Shown here in pieces: positions 18,654-26,863 of a stretch of DNA of 64,000 bases. The stretch is from a virus, in the IMG/VR virus record IMGVR_UViG_3300009425_004205, positions 1 to 64,000 of that record; one strand, 5' to 3'. The first letter of the stretch is position 1. Each line of letters starts with the position of its first letter. Position numbers and translations under genes: made by a program. The notes beneath the pieces are model-generated. The model saw only the letters and a program-made list of their open reading frames with translations, did not search any database and was not told the DNA's origin.

Positions 18654-18977
18654 ATGATTGGTTTAAACGAAACAGCTGCCGGTAAAGTCATCGAGTTGAT
18701 AGAGAAGCGTCCGAATCAAACTGCCGGCTTACGGGTGGGCGTACGTGGCGGAGGCTGCTCTGGATTCACATATTTTCTGGAATTCGTGGAGTGCGGAAAC
18801 AAAGGTGACAAAGAGCTGGATTCCCACGGAGTGACTCTCTTCGTCGACCCCAAGAGCTATCTCTACCTGATGGGTACTGTGATTGACTTTGTCGATGGGT
18901 TGGGTGGTTCAGGATTTAAGTTTACCAATCCGAATGCCCGGCGAACCTGCGGATGTGGTGAGAGCTTTAGCGTCTAA
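18654..18977 (+). CDS. iscA: A-type Fe-S carrier IscA
   Basis: LRVGVRGGGCSG.Y, GFKFTNPNA..TCGCGESF. Confidence 0.95.
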   Translation: MIGLNETAAGKVIELIEKRPNQTAGLRVGVRGGGCSGFTYFLEFVECGNKGDKELDSHGVTLFVDPKSYLYLMGTVIDFVDGLGGSGFKFTNPNARRTCGCGESFSV

Positions 18978-19003
18978 GTGCCACCCAACAGTCAAATATT
19001 ATC

Positions 19004-19032
19004 TTGACATTACACCACATATGCGCTATAAT
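19004..19032 (+). promoter_or_regulatory. Perfect consensus sigma70 promoter TTGACA-17-TATAAT
   Basis: TTGACA 19004-19009, TATAAT 19027-19032. Confidence 0.85.
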
Positions 19033-19055
19033 GATATATTATGGAGGAAGTAATT

Positions 19056-19241
19056 GTGAATAACTATATTATGAAATTTTTCAACCCAAAACTGGAAGAA
19101 TGGGCATCAAAAGATACCGAGCAAATTTCTTTTCCTGAAGCTGTCCGCGCGGCATACCTTCAAAGGATATCTCTGGGGCTTAACTGGGAAATAGTTAGTG
19201 TTTCAAAACTTAATATTACCTCGAAAAATCCTTCAAGATAG
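19056..19241 (+). CDS. Small hypothetical protein (likely early)
   Basis: GGAGG RBS then GTG at 19056, directly after the consensus promoter. Confidence 0.65.
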   Translation: MNNYIMKFFNPKLEEWASKDTEQISFPEAVRAAYLQRISLGLNWEIVSVSKLNITSKNPSR

Positions 19242-19261
19242 GGTGGGAATGTCTAATTATT

Positions 19262-19882
19262 ATGATTCGCATTATAGGCAAAATACCCTCGAGGGTTACG
19301 GTTGCATGTTCTGGAGGAGTTGACTCTATGGCAGTAGTTAACTTTCTAATGGAAGGTAAGCGAAAAGTTCAGTTAGCTTATTTCAATCATGATACTCCGC
19401 ATTCGAAGGAGTCAGAAAGTTTTGTAAGAGAATATTCAGAAAGAAACAATTTAAATTTAATAATTGGCAACGTGCAGGGGAACAGAGAAAAAAAACAGTC
19501 ATTGGAAGAATATTGGCGTGATGAAAGATATAGATTTTTAGCTAGCTTGGATAGCCAGTTTATTATAACATGTCATCATCTAGATGACGTAGTGGAAACA
19601 TGGCTTTTCAAGTGTATACATGGTAATCCAGGATTAATCCCTTATCATAGGAGTTCGAATATTTATCGCCCGTTTCTAATGACTGAGAAGCGGGAGTTTG
19701 TCTCTTATGCGAAGAGAAGGGAGATATCCTGGGTGGAGGATCCTTCGAATCGTATGACTAAAAACATAATGAGAAATCATATCAGACACGATATGATGCC
19801 ACATGTGCTTAAAATTAATCCGGGTATTCGTACAACTATTCGTAAAAAATTAATTGAAACTTACGAAGGAAGTGGTGTATAA
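19262..19882 (+). CDS. tilS: tRNA(Ile)-lysidine synthetase, minimal PP-loop domain only
   Basis: VACSGGVDSM, EE..R..RY.FL, TCHHLDDVVET, RPFL, WVEDPSN, RNHIRH. Confidence 0.92.
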   Translation: MIRIIGKIPSRVTVACSGGVDSMAVVNFLMEGKRKVQLAYFNHDTPHSKESESFVREYSERNNLNLIIGNVQGNREKKQSLEEYWRDERYRFLASLDSQFIITCHHLDDVVETWLFKCIHGNPGLIPYHRSSNIYRPFLMTEKREFVSYAKRREISWVEDPSNRMTKNIMRNHIRHDMMPHVLKINPGIRTTIRKKLIETYEGSGV

Positions 19883-19883
19883 T
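19854..19883 (+). promoter_or_regulatory. Sigma70-type promoter for the tRNA (TTGAAA-18-TATAAT)
   Basis: TTGAAA 19854-19859, TATAAT 19878-19883; the tRNA starts 10 nt later. Confidence 0.55.
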
Positions 19884-19893
19884 AAATATCTAT

Positions 19894-19967
19894 GGACCTC
19901 TAGCTCAATTGGTTAGAGCATCCGGCTCATAACCGGGAGGTTCACGGTTCAAGTCCGTGGAGGTCCA
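19894..19967 (+). tRNA. tRNA with CAU anticodon, most likely tRNA-Ile2 (lysidine); CCA not encoded
   Basis: Cloverleaf: acceptor GGACCTC/GAGGTCC, anticodon arm TCCGG-CTCATAA-CCGGG, T-arm CACGG-TTCAAGT-CCGTG. C4-G69 and C5-G68 pairs; adjacent to tilS. Confidence 0.92.
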
Positions 19968-19991
19968 CTATACTATAATAGGAGAGCTGTA

Positions 19992-20615
19992 GTGAAATAT
20001 GATTGGATATCCGAGTTGGGAGAAGATAAGAAGAATACTTCTGAAGCTGAGTCAAAAGATGCATCGGCAACTGCAAGTCATAATGTCGTAGATATTGTAA
20101 ATAACAGAATATATTTTTACTCCTCAGTTGATAAATTGAGGGTACTTAAACTAAACAAAGCAATCCATAGCTTAGGAATAACCCTTTGTCAAAGAGCTGC
20201 GCACATGAATACAGAACCGCTACCAATAGAAATATTAATTAATAGTTTTGGAGGAAGCGTGTTTTCAGGATTTGCAGCAGTAGACTATATTTTGAATGCA
20301 AAAGTTCCTGTAATAACAACCATCGATGGCTGTGCAGCCTCAGCAGCTACGATGATGAGTGTCGTAGGGACTCACCGAAAAATGAATAAGAATTCTTTTA
20401 TGCTAGTTCATCAGTTGTCTAGCGGCATGTGGGGAAATTTTAGGCAGCTTAAAGACGACATAGAGAACTGCGAACTTTTAATGCGAAAGATAAAAAACAT
20501 TTATAGGGAGCATACAAAAATTCCAAAAAGGAAGATGGATGAAATACTTAAACATGACTTATGGTGGGACTCTACAACGTGCTTGAAGTATGGATTAGTC
20601 GACGAGATAATTTAA
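19992..20615 (+). CDS. clpP: ClpP-like protease subunit
   Basis: INSFGGSVFSG, GCAASAATMM (catalytic Ser), FMLVHQ (His), D.WW....CLKYGLVDEI. Confidence 0.85.
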   Translation: MKYDWISELGEDKKNTSEAESKDASATASHNVVDIVNNRIYFYSSVDKLRVLKLNKAIHSLGITLCQRAAHMNTEPLPIEILINSFGGSVFSGFAAVDYILNAKVPVITTIDGCAASAATMMSVVGTHRKMNKNSFMLVHQLSSGMWGNFRQLKDDIENCELLMRKIKNIYREHTKIPKRKMDEILKHDLWWDSTTCLKYGLVDEII

Positions 20616-20631
20616 TTTAGGGGAAAACAAT

Positions 20632-20916
20632 ATGTCTAGAATATCACTAGCAAACGCGAAAAAACTATTACAAGGAATTATGAGTCATAATTCTTTGGAT
20701 GATCGTCTGGGTATTAATTGGGACAACTTCCGCAATGTAAGGGGAGAAAAGGGTACATTTCGAATCACTGCTGACAAAATATCACTCACAGGATTGATAT
20801 ACATGCTAGAGCATGAATCAATTGAAGATGTCTACTTTCATCCTTCTGTTGCTCCACCCCGAGATGGAATACAATCAACTGCTATGAGATATCATCTATA
20901 CGTTATTTTTCTATAA
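20632..20916 (+). CDS. Hypothetical protein
   Basis: 94-aa ORF with an RBS-like AGGGG. Confidence 0.6.
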   Translation: MSRISLANAKKLLQGIMSHNSLDDRLGINWDNFRNVRGEKGTFRITADKISLTGLIYMLEHESIEDVYFHPSVAPPRDGIQSTAMRYHLYVIFL

Positions 20917-21742
20917 TTTCTAGAAACGTTGTAGGTTCTTTCTCGCGAGGGTTGTCATAATTAGCCTTAGCGGCTCGCTTTATAAACTTTAATGTTTTTT
21001 CGTACGTGGTAGCTATCGACATGTGCGAGAATACTCTTGAAGCTGCGAATATTATACCAACTATTTCATAACTTTCATTAAAAACAGGGCTACCAGATGA
21101 GCCTCCCACAGCAGGTACGGTATACATGTCTGTTTCTTCTGGCATCATTGTTCCGCTGTAGAAACCAGCTAATATCGGAACTGCAGGGGGATGAAATATG
21201 CCAGCTGGTGCAGCTATATTATAAACTTTGTCACCAACCTCCGGCTTTCTGGGCGAGAATCTAACATATTCTTTATTTTTCATGTCACGGGAATATAGCA
21301 GACATAAATCTATTCCATTTTTTAATTCATAATACCTGACGTCAGCGCTGTACTTTTCTCCTTCTGTCGTCTGAAGCATTATGTATCTTTCAATCTTTTC
21401 TATATACCCCATGCCGTGATCACCTATGCCGCCATCAGTGTTGCACATGTGTCCTGCAGACAATATTAGGCTACCGGATCCGGTGCTAGATATAATAACG
21501 CCGGATCCAGTTGATGTGTATCCCTCACCTTCTTGGCAGTGTTTGCGGGAATTCTTAAGGGGAATACATTTCTTTACTTTAACTAATCTAGTTATCTTAA
21601 CAAAAGAACCCACAGGAGGTGTCTTTTTATCAATATTCTCACTAGTTAAGCGACTAGTAGGGTTAATACAGCTTACACAGCATGTACAAAGAAAACACAC
21701 TATAAGGGTAGAGATAGAATATAAGAAGAAGTGTAACCTCAT
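20903..21742 (-). CDS. Trypsin-like (S1) serine protease, probable lipoprotein
   Basis: TGSGVII, LSAGHMC (His), DLCLL (Asp), GGSSGSPVFN (Ser); N-terminal hydrophobic stretch ending VSC. Confidence 0.88.
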   Translation of the reverse strand: MRLHFFLYSISTLIVCFLCTCCVSCINPTSRLTSENIDKKTPPVGSFVKITRLVKVKKCIPLKNSRKHCQEGEGYTSTGSGVIISSTGSGSLILSAGHMCNTDGGIGDHGMGYIEKIERYIMLQTTEGEKYSADVRYYELKNGIDLCLLYSRDMKNKEYVRFSPRKPEVGDKVYNIAAPAGIFHPPAVPILAGFYSGTMMPEETDMYTVPAVGGSSGSPVFNESYEIVGIIFAASRVFSHMSIATTYEKTLKFIKRAAKANYDNPREKEPTTFLEIIEK

Positions 21743-21790
21743 ACTAATAACTATAACGAAAAAAGAAATTTATTTTAAAGGAAAAAAATC

Positions 21791-21967
21791 ATGATAGAAA
21801 TAATTGTAATAATGTGTAGCATCTTTGGATACAATTCAGGCGAAAAACTAATTGCGAATATAGAGATAAGCGAAGCGTATGAGTATCCAAAAGAGCAGAC
21901 ATATCAAGACAATACATATATTTTAACTCCCACGCCGTGGAAAAAGCTTAAAAAAGATAAAATCTAG
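21791..21967 (+). CDS. Possible small protein (58 aa)
   Basis: AAGGA RBS; MIEIIVIMCSIFG...; below the ORF-track cutoff. Confidence 0.35.
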   Translation: MIEIIVIMCSIFGYNSGEKLIANIEISEAYEYPKEQTYQDNTYILTPTPWKKLKKDKI

Positions 21968-22019
21968 AACCAATATGCTATATACTATACGTATATGAAA
22001 GAATATACGGAGAATTAAC

Positions 22020-23333
22020 TTGGCTAAAATAACATATGTATTGGACACTAGCGTTTATCTTACAGATTCTAATTCTATAGAGTCCTATGGAAACAACGAT
22101 GTTGTGGTACCGCTTAAAGTTCTAGATGAAATAGACAATCACAAAAAAAGACAAGATGTGGTAGGTTCTCAAGCCCGTGCGCTAATAAGAAAGCTCGATG
22201 CTCTGAGATCTAAGGGGAACCTTTCCAAAGGCGTTCGACTTGGGAAAGGGCAAGGACTTTTAACAGTAAAGGGGTATAATCCGTTTGTATTGCCAGATGA
22301 CTTGGATTTGGAAGATTCAGATAATCAGATTATAGCCACGGCATTATCTGAGAAATCTTCGAATGTGAAGAGAAAAGTTATAGTGGTATCTAGGGATATC
22401 AACATGAGGGTGAAATGTGACTCCTTAGGCCTGTTATCTCAAGACTATGATTTAGAGAAAGTCTTTACTACGGACGAAGGGTTATATTCTGGCTTCACAA
22501 CTCACTTGGTAGACGAGCAGGTTATTGATAACTTCTATGAAGATAAACCAATATTTTTAGAAGCAAGTAGTTGCAACTTGCACAGTAATCAATATGTGAT
22601 GATGGTATCCAGTTCCAATGAGAAGAAAACAGCACTAGGGAGATATGTAAATCACTTAGCTCCTCTGTCTAAACCAATTACATTCAAAGCTGGTGTTTGG
22701 GGCGTACGCCCTCGCAATAAGGAACAATCCTTCGCGCTGGACTTACTAATGAACACAGATGTTCCAGTCGTGACTCTCGTCGGACAAGCTGGCTCTGGCA
22801 AGACTTTACTGGCTTTAGCTGCAGCCCTGGAACAAACGTTTGGCCAAGACAGTAGATATAAAAAAGTGGTAGTTTCAAAGCCGGTACAACCAATGGGGAA
22901 AGACATAGGTTTCTTACCAGGAACCCTGGAAGAAAAAATGATGCCATGGCTTGCTCCGATTCAAGATAATCTACAGTACTTATTTGGAAATGACAAGATG
23001 ACATTGGACATGTATGTCCAAGAGGGTAAAATAGAAATTGAAGCGATGACATATATCCGCGGCCGCTCAATAGCTAATTCAATAATCATAATTGATGAGG
23101 TGCAGAACATGAATCAGCATGAAATAAAAACTGTCCTAACTAGGGTTGGAGAAGGAACTAAAATAATCTTAACGGGAGATATAGAACAGATAGATAACGT
23201 CTACATCGATGAAACTAACAACGCCCTGTCATACGTCGTAGAAAAGCTCAAGAGTGAGGAAATTTCTGGACATATAACACTGATAAAGGGAGAAAGATCT
23301 AAAGTTGCGACAATTGCCGCAAAGCTTTTATAG
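22020..23333 (+). CDS. phoH: PIN-PhoH (PhoH2/YlaK-type) protein
   Basis: PIN motifs YVLDTSV, DNQII, VSRDINMRVK; ATPase motifs GQAGSGKT, IGFLPG, YIRGRS, IIDEVQN, LTGDIEQID. Confidence 0.93.
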   Translation: MAKITYVLDTSVYLTDSNSIESYGNNDVVVPLKVLDEIDNHKKRQDVVGSQARALIRKLDALRSKGNLSKGVRLGKGQGLLTVKGYNPFVLPDDLDLEDSDNQIIATALSEKSSNVKRKVIVVSRDINMRVKCDSLGLLSQDYDLEKVFTTDEGLYSGFTTHLVDEQVIDNFYEDKPIFLEASSCNLHSNQYVMMVSSSNEKKTALGRYVNHLAPLSKPITFKAGVWGVRPRNKEQSFALDLLMNTDVPVVTLVGQAGSGKTLLALAAALEQTFGQDSRYKKVVVSKPVQPMGKDIGFLPGTLEEKMMPWLAPIQDNLQYLFGNDKMTLDMYVQEGKIEIEAMTYIRGRSIANSIIIIDEVQNMNQHEIKTVLTRVGEGTKIILTGDIEQIDNVYIDETNNALSYVVEKLKSEEISGHITLIKGERSKVATIAAKLL

Positions 23334-23348
23334 AAAATAGAGGATAAT

Positions 23349-23675
23349 ATGAATATTAAATTTACAGAAAATGAAGAAGTAGAAACTGCAATCGATACAC
23401 CAGTACAAGAGACAAGTCACCTTCAGAAAATACTAGTTAATTATGTTGGCAACAAAAAGAATCCTGAAAATGACGAAGTGACAGTATCTATGATAGTAGA
23501 CACGGTAGCAGAAGATTTTCCTGAATTTCTTTTGGTAGTGGCGGAAGAAAACTGGGTAAGAGGGTACCAGCAGGCATTAAACGACATGACATTCAAAGAT
23601 ATGAAGGGTAAAGGCTTTTATACGGACAATGGCGAGGTAGTTTCTTCTGAGCTATCGCCGGAGATAAAAGTCTAG
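23349..23675 (+). CDS. Hypothetical protein
   Basis: GAGGA RBS; FPEFLLVVAEENWVRGYQQAL. Confidence 0.75.
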   Translation: MNIKFTENEEVETAIDTPVQETSHLQKILVNYVGNKKNPENDEVTVSMIVDTVAEDFPEFLLVVAEENWVRGYQQALNDMTFKDMKGKGFYTDNGEVVSSELSPEIKV

Positions 23676-23682
23676 CTAACAA

Positions 23683-24351
23683 ATGAAAAACTATATTAAA
23701 AGTTCTAGAAAAAGAAAACAACGAATGATGGGGGATGTATTAGTTATAGAGAAAGATCCTTTACCGACGTCAGTGGACATCGAAAAGGTATTAGTATCAG
23801 TCCAAGCTTCAGTACCGAAGAAATTTCTTAGAAGACTTGACTCTATATATATTGGGAAGTTTAAGGACTTAGAAGATAGAAGTTTAAATGCTATGTATAG
23901 TGATGGAGCGATTTACGTCACTAATAATCAAGCATCCGTCGAAGACATCACGGAAGATATTGTCCACGAGGTGGCACATGCGATAGAAGATGAAATTTCT
24001 TCGGAAATATATTCGGACGGCAGTATAGAGTCAGAATTTCGTGGAAAAAGAGAAAGGTTATATTTTATGCTAAAAGAAGAGGGGCATGATGTTGAGTTGG
24101 CTAATTTATTGAATCTAAATTATTCTAAAATTTTTGATTCCTTCTTATATAACGAGGTTGGGTACCCAATGTTGTCTGCTATTACTGTTAACTTGTTCTA
24201 CTCTCCCTACGGGGCAACTTCTTTGAGCGAATATTTTGCTAATTGTTTTGAGGCATACTTTCTCAAAAGAGATTTGCAGAGGGTTAAGAGAATAAGTCCT
24301 AATGTGTTTGCAATATTAGAAAAAATAAGTTATAATGAGGAGGAAGAATAA
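23683..24351 (+). CDS. HExxH zinc metallopeptidase-like protein
   Basis: IVHEVAHAIE and a downstream SEYFANCFEAY third-ligand motif. Confidence 0.7.
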   Translation: MKNYIKSSRKRKQRMMGDVLVIEKDPLPTSVDIEKVLVSVQASVPKKFLRRLDSIYIGKFKDLEDRSLNAMYSDGAIYVTNNQASVEDITEDIVHEVAHAIEDEISSEIYSDGSIESEFRGKRERLYFMLKEEGHDVELANLLNLNYSKIFDSFLYNEVGYPMLSAITVNLFYSPYGATSLSEYFANCFEAYFLKRDLQRVKRISPNVFAILEKISYNEEEE

Positions 24352-24352
24352 A

Positions 24353-24820
24353 ATGAGAGAGAAGAGCATAATATCCGACAACAATGTTAAATTTAGCATT
24401 ATTGAGACAGACGAAGAGTTTATTGTAGAAGCTAAGGTGCCGAAGCGTAGAGTTGCAGGTGATGTTAAAGTCAGATGCGACATAAAGGATGTGAAAGGAG
24501 TACTCAGCACTATCGCTGAAATATCATCATTAACTCTGAGTGAATCCCCGTCGGAAATATTGACAAACTCTAAAAACCAACATTTAAACGGAAGGTGGAT
24601 TTTTGAAAAACCAAAAAACCAAAAGAAACAACATAAGAGCCCAAGAGTCCGAAAAGACAGTACGGACACAATCAGCCAAAAGAAAGAAGACATCATCGAC
24701 GCCACCGCCGAAGAAACAACTTCAACCGCAAAAAGTACATCACCAAGAAAAAAGTCCGGAACTAGTTTCCGTGAACGAACTCGCGCAATTGCTAATAAAA
24801 GAGAGAAAGTACAAGAGTAG
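24353..24820 (+). CDS. Hypothetical protein with basic disordered tail
   Basis: GAGGAGG RBS; in-frame ATG at 24353. Confidence 0.6.
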   Translation: MREKSIISDNNVKFSIIETDEEFIVEAKVPKRRVAGDVKVRCDIKDVKGVLSTIAEISSLTLSESPSEILTNSKNQHLNGRWIFEKPKNQKKQHKSPRVRKDSTDTISQKKEDIIDATAEETTSTAKSTSPRKKSGTSFRERTRAIANKREKVQE

Positions 24821-25595
24821 GGGCAGAATAAGTTACTCGGAACTTAAGATATGGAATGAGTGCTCGTTCAAGCATATGCTCTCATATTTCGAAGAAATAC
24901 TACCATTCACCGGAAACGAATACACTGCTTTTGGTACTGCAATACACTCTGTTTGTGAAATCCTGATAGTCGATGAACACGTCGATGCAAAGAAATTCTT
25001 TAGGGAATATTTTCTTAAAGAATTGAGAACTCTAAAGTCGTCAGGGTATGATTTAAACCCATCGATGATACGAGAAATGAAGCTTCAAGGGGAAAATATA
25101 TGCCAGTATATTTTACCATCCGTGAAGGACACTTTCGGCAAATACGAAATATTGTCAATTGAGGAGAAATTAATGGAAGACATCGATATGTTCGAATCTG
25201 GGGGGATGAAATTCAAAGGATTTATAGATCTTGTTCTTAAGACGGAAGATGGAAAAATACACATAATTGACTGGAAAACTTGCTCATGGGGATGGGATAT
25301 GAAAAGGAGAACGGATCCTATCGCGACATATCAGCTTACATTGTATAAATACTTTTATGCGAAAAAATATGACATGTCGCCGGAGCATATAGAAACTCAC
25401 TTTGCTCTCTTGAAGAGAACCGCAAAGAAGGAAAATGCGGAAATATTTAGAGTCACTAGCGGGGATAGAAAAACAAAGAACGCCATGTCTCTCCTAGAAA
25501 GGGCAATAAAGAATATTAATGCTGAAAATTTTATTAAAAATAGGTTATCATGCTCTAGATGTCAATATTACAAAACGGAACATTGTCCGGGATAA
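24603..25595 (+). CDS. PD-(D/E)xK Cas4/RecB-like exonuclease (true start probably near 24790)
   Basis: ISYSEL..W.EC, FGTAIH, FKGFIDLV, IIDWKT, YQL..Y, C-terminal CxxC...C. Confidence 0.88.
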   Translation: MKNQKTKRNNIRAQESEKTVRTQSAKRKKTSSTPPPKKQLQPQKVHHQEKSPELVSVNELAQLLIKERKYKSRGRISYSELKIWNECSFKHMLSYFEEILPFTGNEYTAFGTAIHSVCEILIVDEHVDAKKFFREYFLKELRTLKSSGYDLNPSMIREMKLQGENICQYILPSVKDTFGKYEILSIEEKLMEDIDMFESGGMKFKGFIDLVLKTEDGKIHIIDWKTCSWGWDMKRRTDPIATYQLTLYKYFYAKKYDMSPEHIETHFALLKRTAKKENAEIFRVTSGDRKTKNAMSLLERAIKNINAENFIKNRLSCSRCQYYKTEHCPG

Positions 25596-25606
25596 CAGGA
25601 ACATAC

Positions 25607-26863
25607 ATGCAAGAGAAAAAAAAGATAATAACAATATCGGATAGCCCATATTCTCCATCTGGAGTTGGCATGCAGACTAGATACATGATAGAAGCTTTAC
25701 TGGCTACAGGTAAATACACTATTGTGTCTCTTGCCGGCGCTATAAGACACAACGACTACTCCCCTATCAAAAGCCCAGAACACGGCGCGGACTGGGTGAC
25801 ATACCCAGTTGACAACTACGGATCTGAAGAATTAATACGATCGTTAATGATAAACGAGAAGCCAGACGTCGTCTGGATAATGACAGATCCTAGATTTTGG
25901 ACTTGGCTGTGGGCAATGGAGAACGAAATAAGAGAGAAGTGTCCGTTGGTTTATTATCATGTCTGGGATAACTACCCATATCCAAAGTATAACAAGACAT
26001 ACTATGATTCTAACGATTTAGTTGTGACAATAAGTAAAGTTACTGACGATATCGTCCGGACAGTTTCTCCTGACGTGGAGTGCAAACACTTGCCACACGC
26101 TGTACCGTCTAATATTTTTTATAGCAGGGAATTGGTAGACACCGGTGTCATAAACCTCAAGGAGAATACAATTAAGGATAGATTTGTTTTCTTTTGGAAC
26201 AACAGAAATGCTAGAAGAAAGCAAAGTGGATCTTTAATATTCTGGTTTAAAGATTTTTTAGATATTGTTGGACATGACAAGGCAGTGCTAATTATGCATA
26301 CCGAACCGAAAGATCCTAATGGGCAAGATTTGGAAGCCATACTATCCGAGCTTGAACTTACAAATGGAGAAGTGATGATATCTACTGTTAAGACTTCCAC
26401 AGACAGGCTAGCAGACTTGTATAACATGGCAGACTGCACTATTAACATTTCAGACGCCGAAGGTTTCGGCTTGGCTACTCTCGAATCTCTCTCCTGCGGC
26501 ACTCCAATCATCGTCAATATGACAGGCGGCTTGCAAGAGCAAGTCACTGACGGCGTTAATTGGTTCGGAATAGGGCTAGAACCCGCCTCTAAGGCTATTA
26601 TCGGCTCACAGAGTGTACCGTACATATATGAGGATAGAGTCGCTAAGAAGGACGTTCTAGGGGCTATGCTGAAGATATATAACATGAGCGAGTCTGAGCG
26701 AAAAGAGATGGGAGAGAAAGGCAGGGCACATGTTATTAAGAATTATGGGTTTGACACTTATGCTAAGACGTGGAACAATATCTTATCTGAAGTTATGGAG
26801 AAACATGGATCCTGGGATAGCAGAAAGAATTATAAGGGATGGGAGTTAAGAGAGGTATCATGA
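25607..26863 (+). CDS. Glycosyltransferase (GT-B, GT4-like)
   Basis: NRNARRK, YNMAD..INISDAEGFGLATLESLSCGTPII. Confidence 0.9.
   Translation: MQEKKKIITISDSPYSPSGVGMQTRYMIEALLATGKYTIVSLAGAIRHNDYSPIKSPEHGADWVTYPVDNYGSEELIRSLMINEKPDVVWIMTDPRFWTWLWAMENEIREKCPLVYYHVWDNYPYPKYNKTYYDSNDLVVTISKVTDDIVRTVSPDVECKHLPHAVPSNIFYSRELVDTGVINLKENTIKDRFVFFWNNRNARRKQSGSLIFWFKDFLDIVGHDKAVLIMHTEPKDPNGQDLEAILSELELTNGEVMISTVKTSTDRLADLYNMADCTINISDAEGFGLATLESLSCGTPIIVNMTGGLQEQVTDGVNWFGIGLEPASKAIIGSQSVPYIYEDRVAKKDVLGAMLKIYNMSESERKEMGEKGRAHVIKNYGFDTYAKTWNNILSEVMEKHGSWDSRKNYKGWELREVS

Noticed and set aside
19894-19967. Initiator or elongator tRNA-Met
   Set aside because: G1-C72 is paired and there is no GGG/CCC anticodon stem, so it is not fMet. 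The acceptor-stem determinants and adjacency to tilS favour Ile2.
22020-23333. Phosphate-starvation auxiliary gene tied to the phosphonate operon
   Set aside because: The PIN-PhoH fusion is an RNase/helicase-type protein common in large phages; there is no sequence evidence for Pho regulation here.
24603-25595. CRISPR-Cas system
   Set aside because: Solo Cas4-like nuclease, common in phages; no repeat-spacer array or other cas genes seen in the window.
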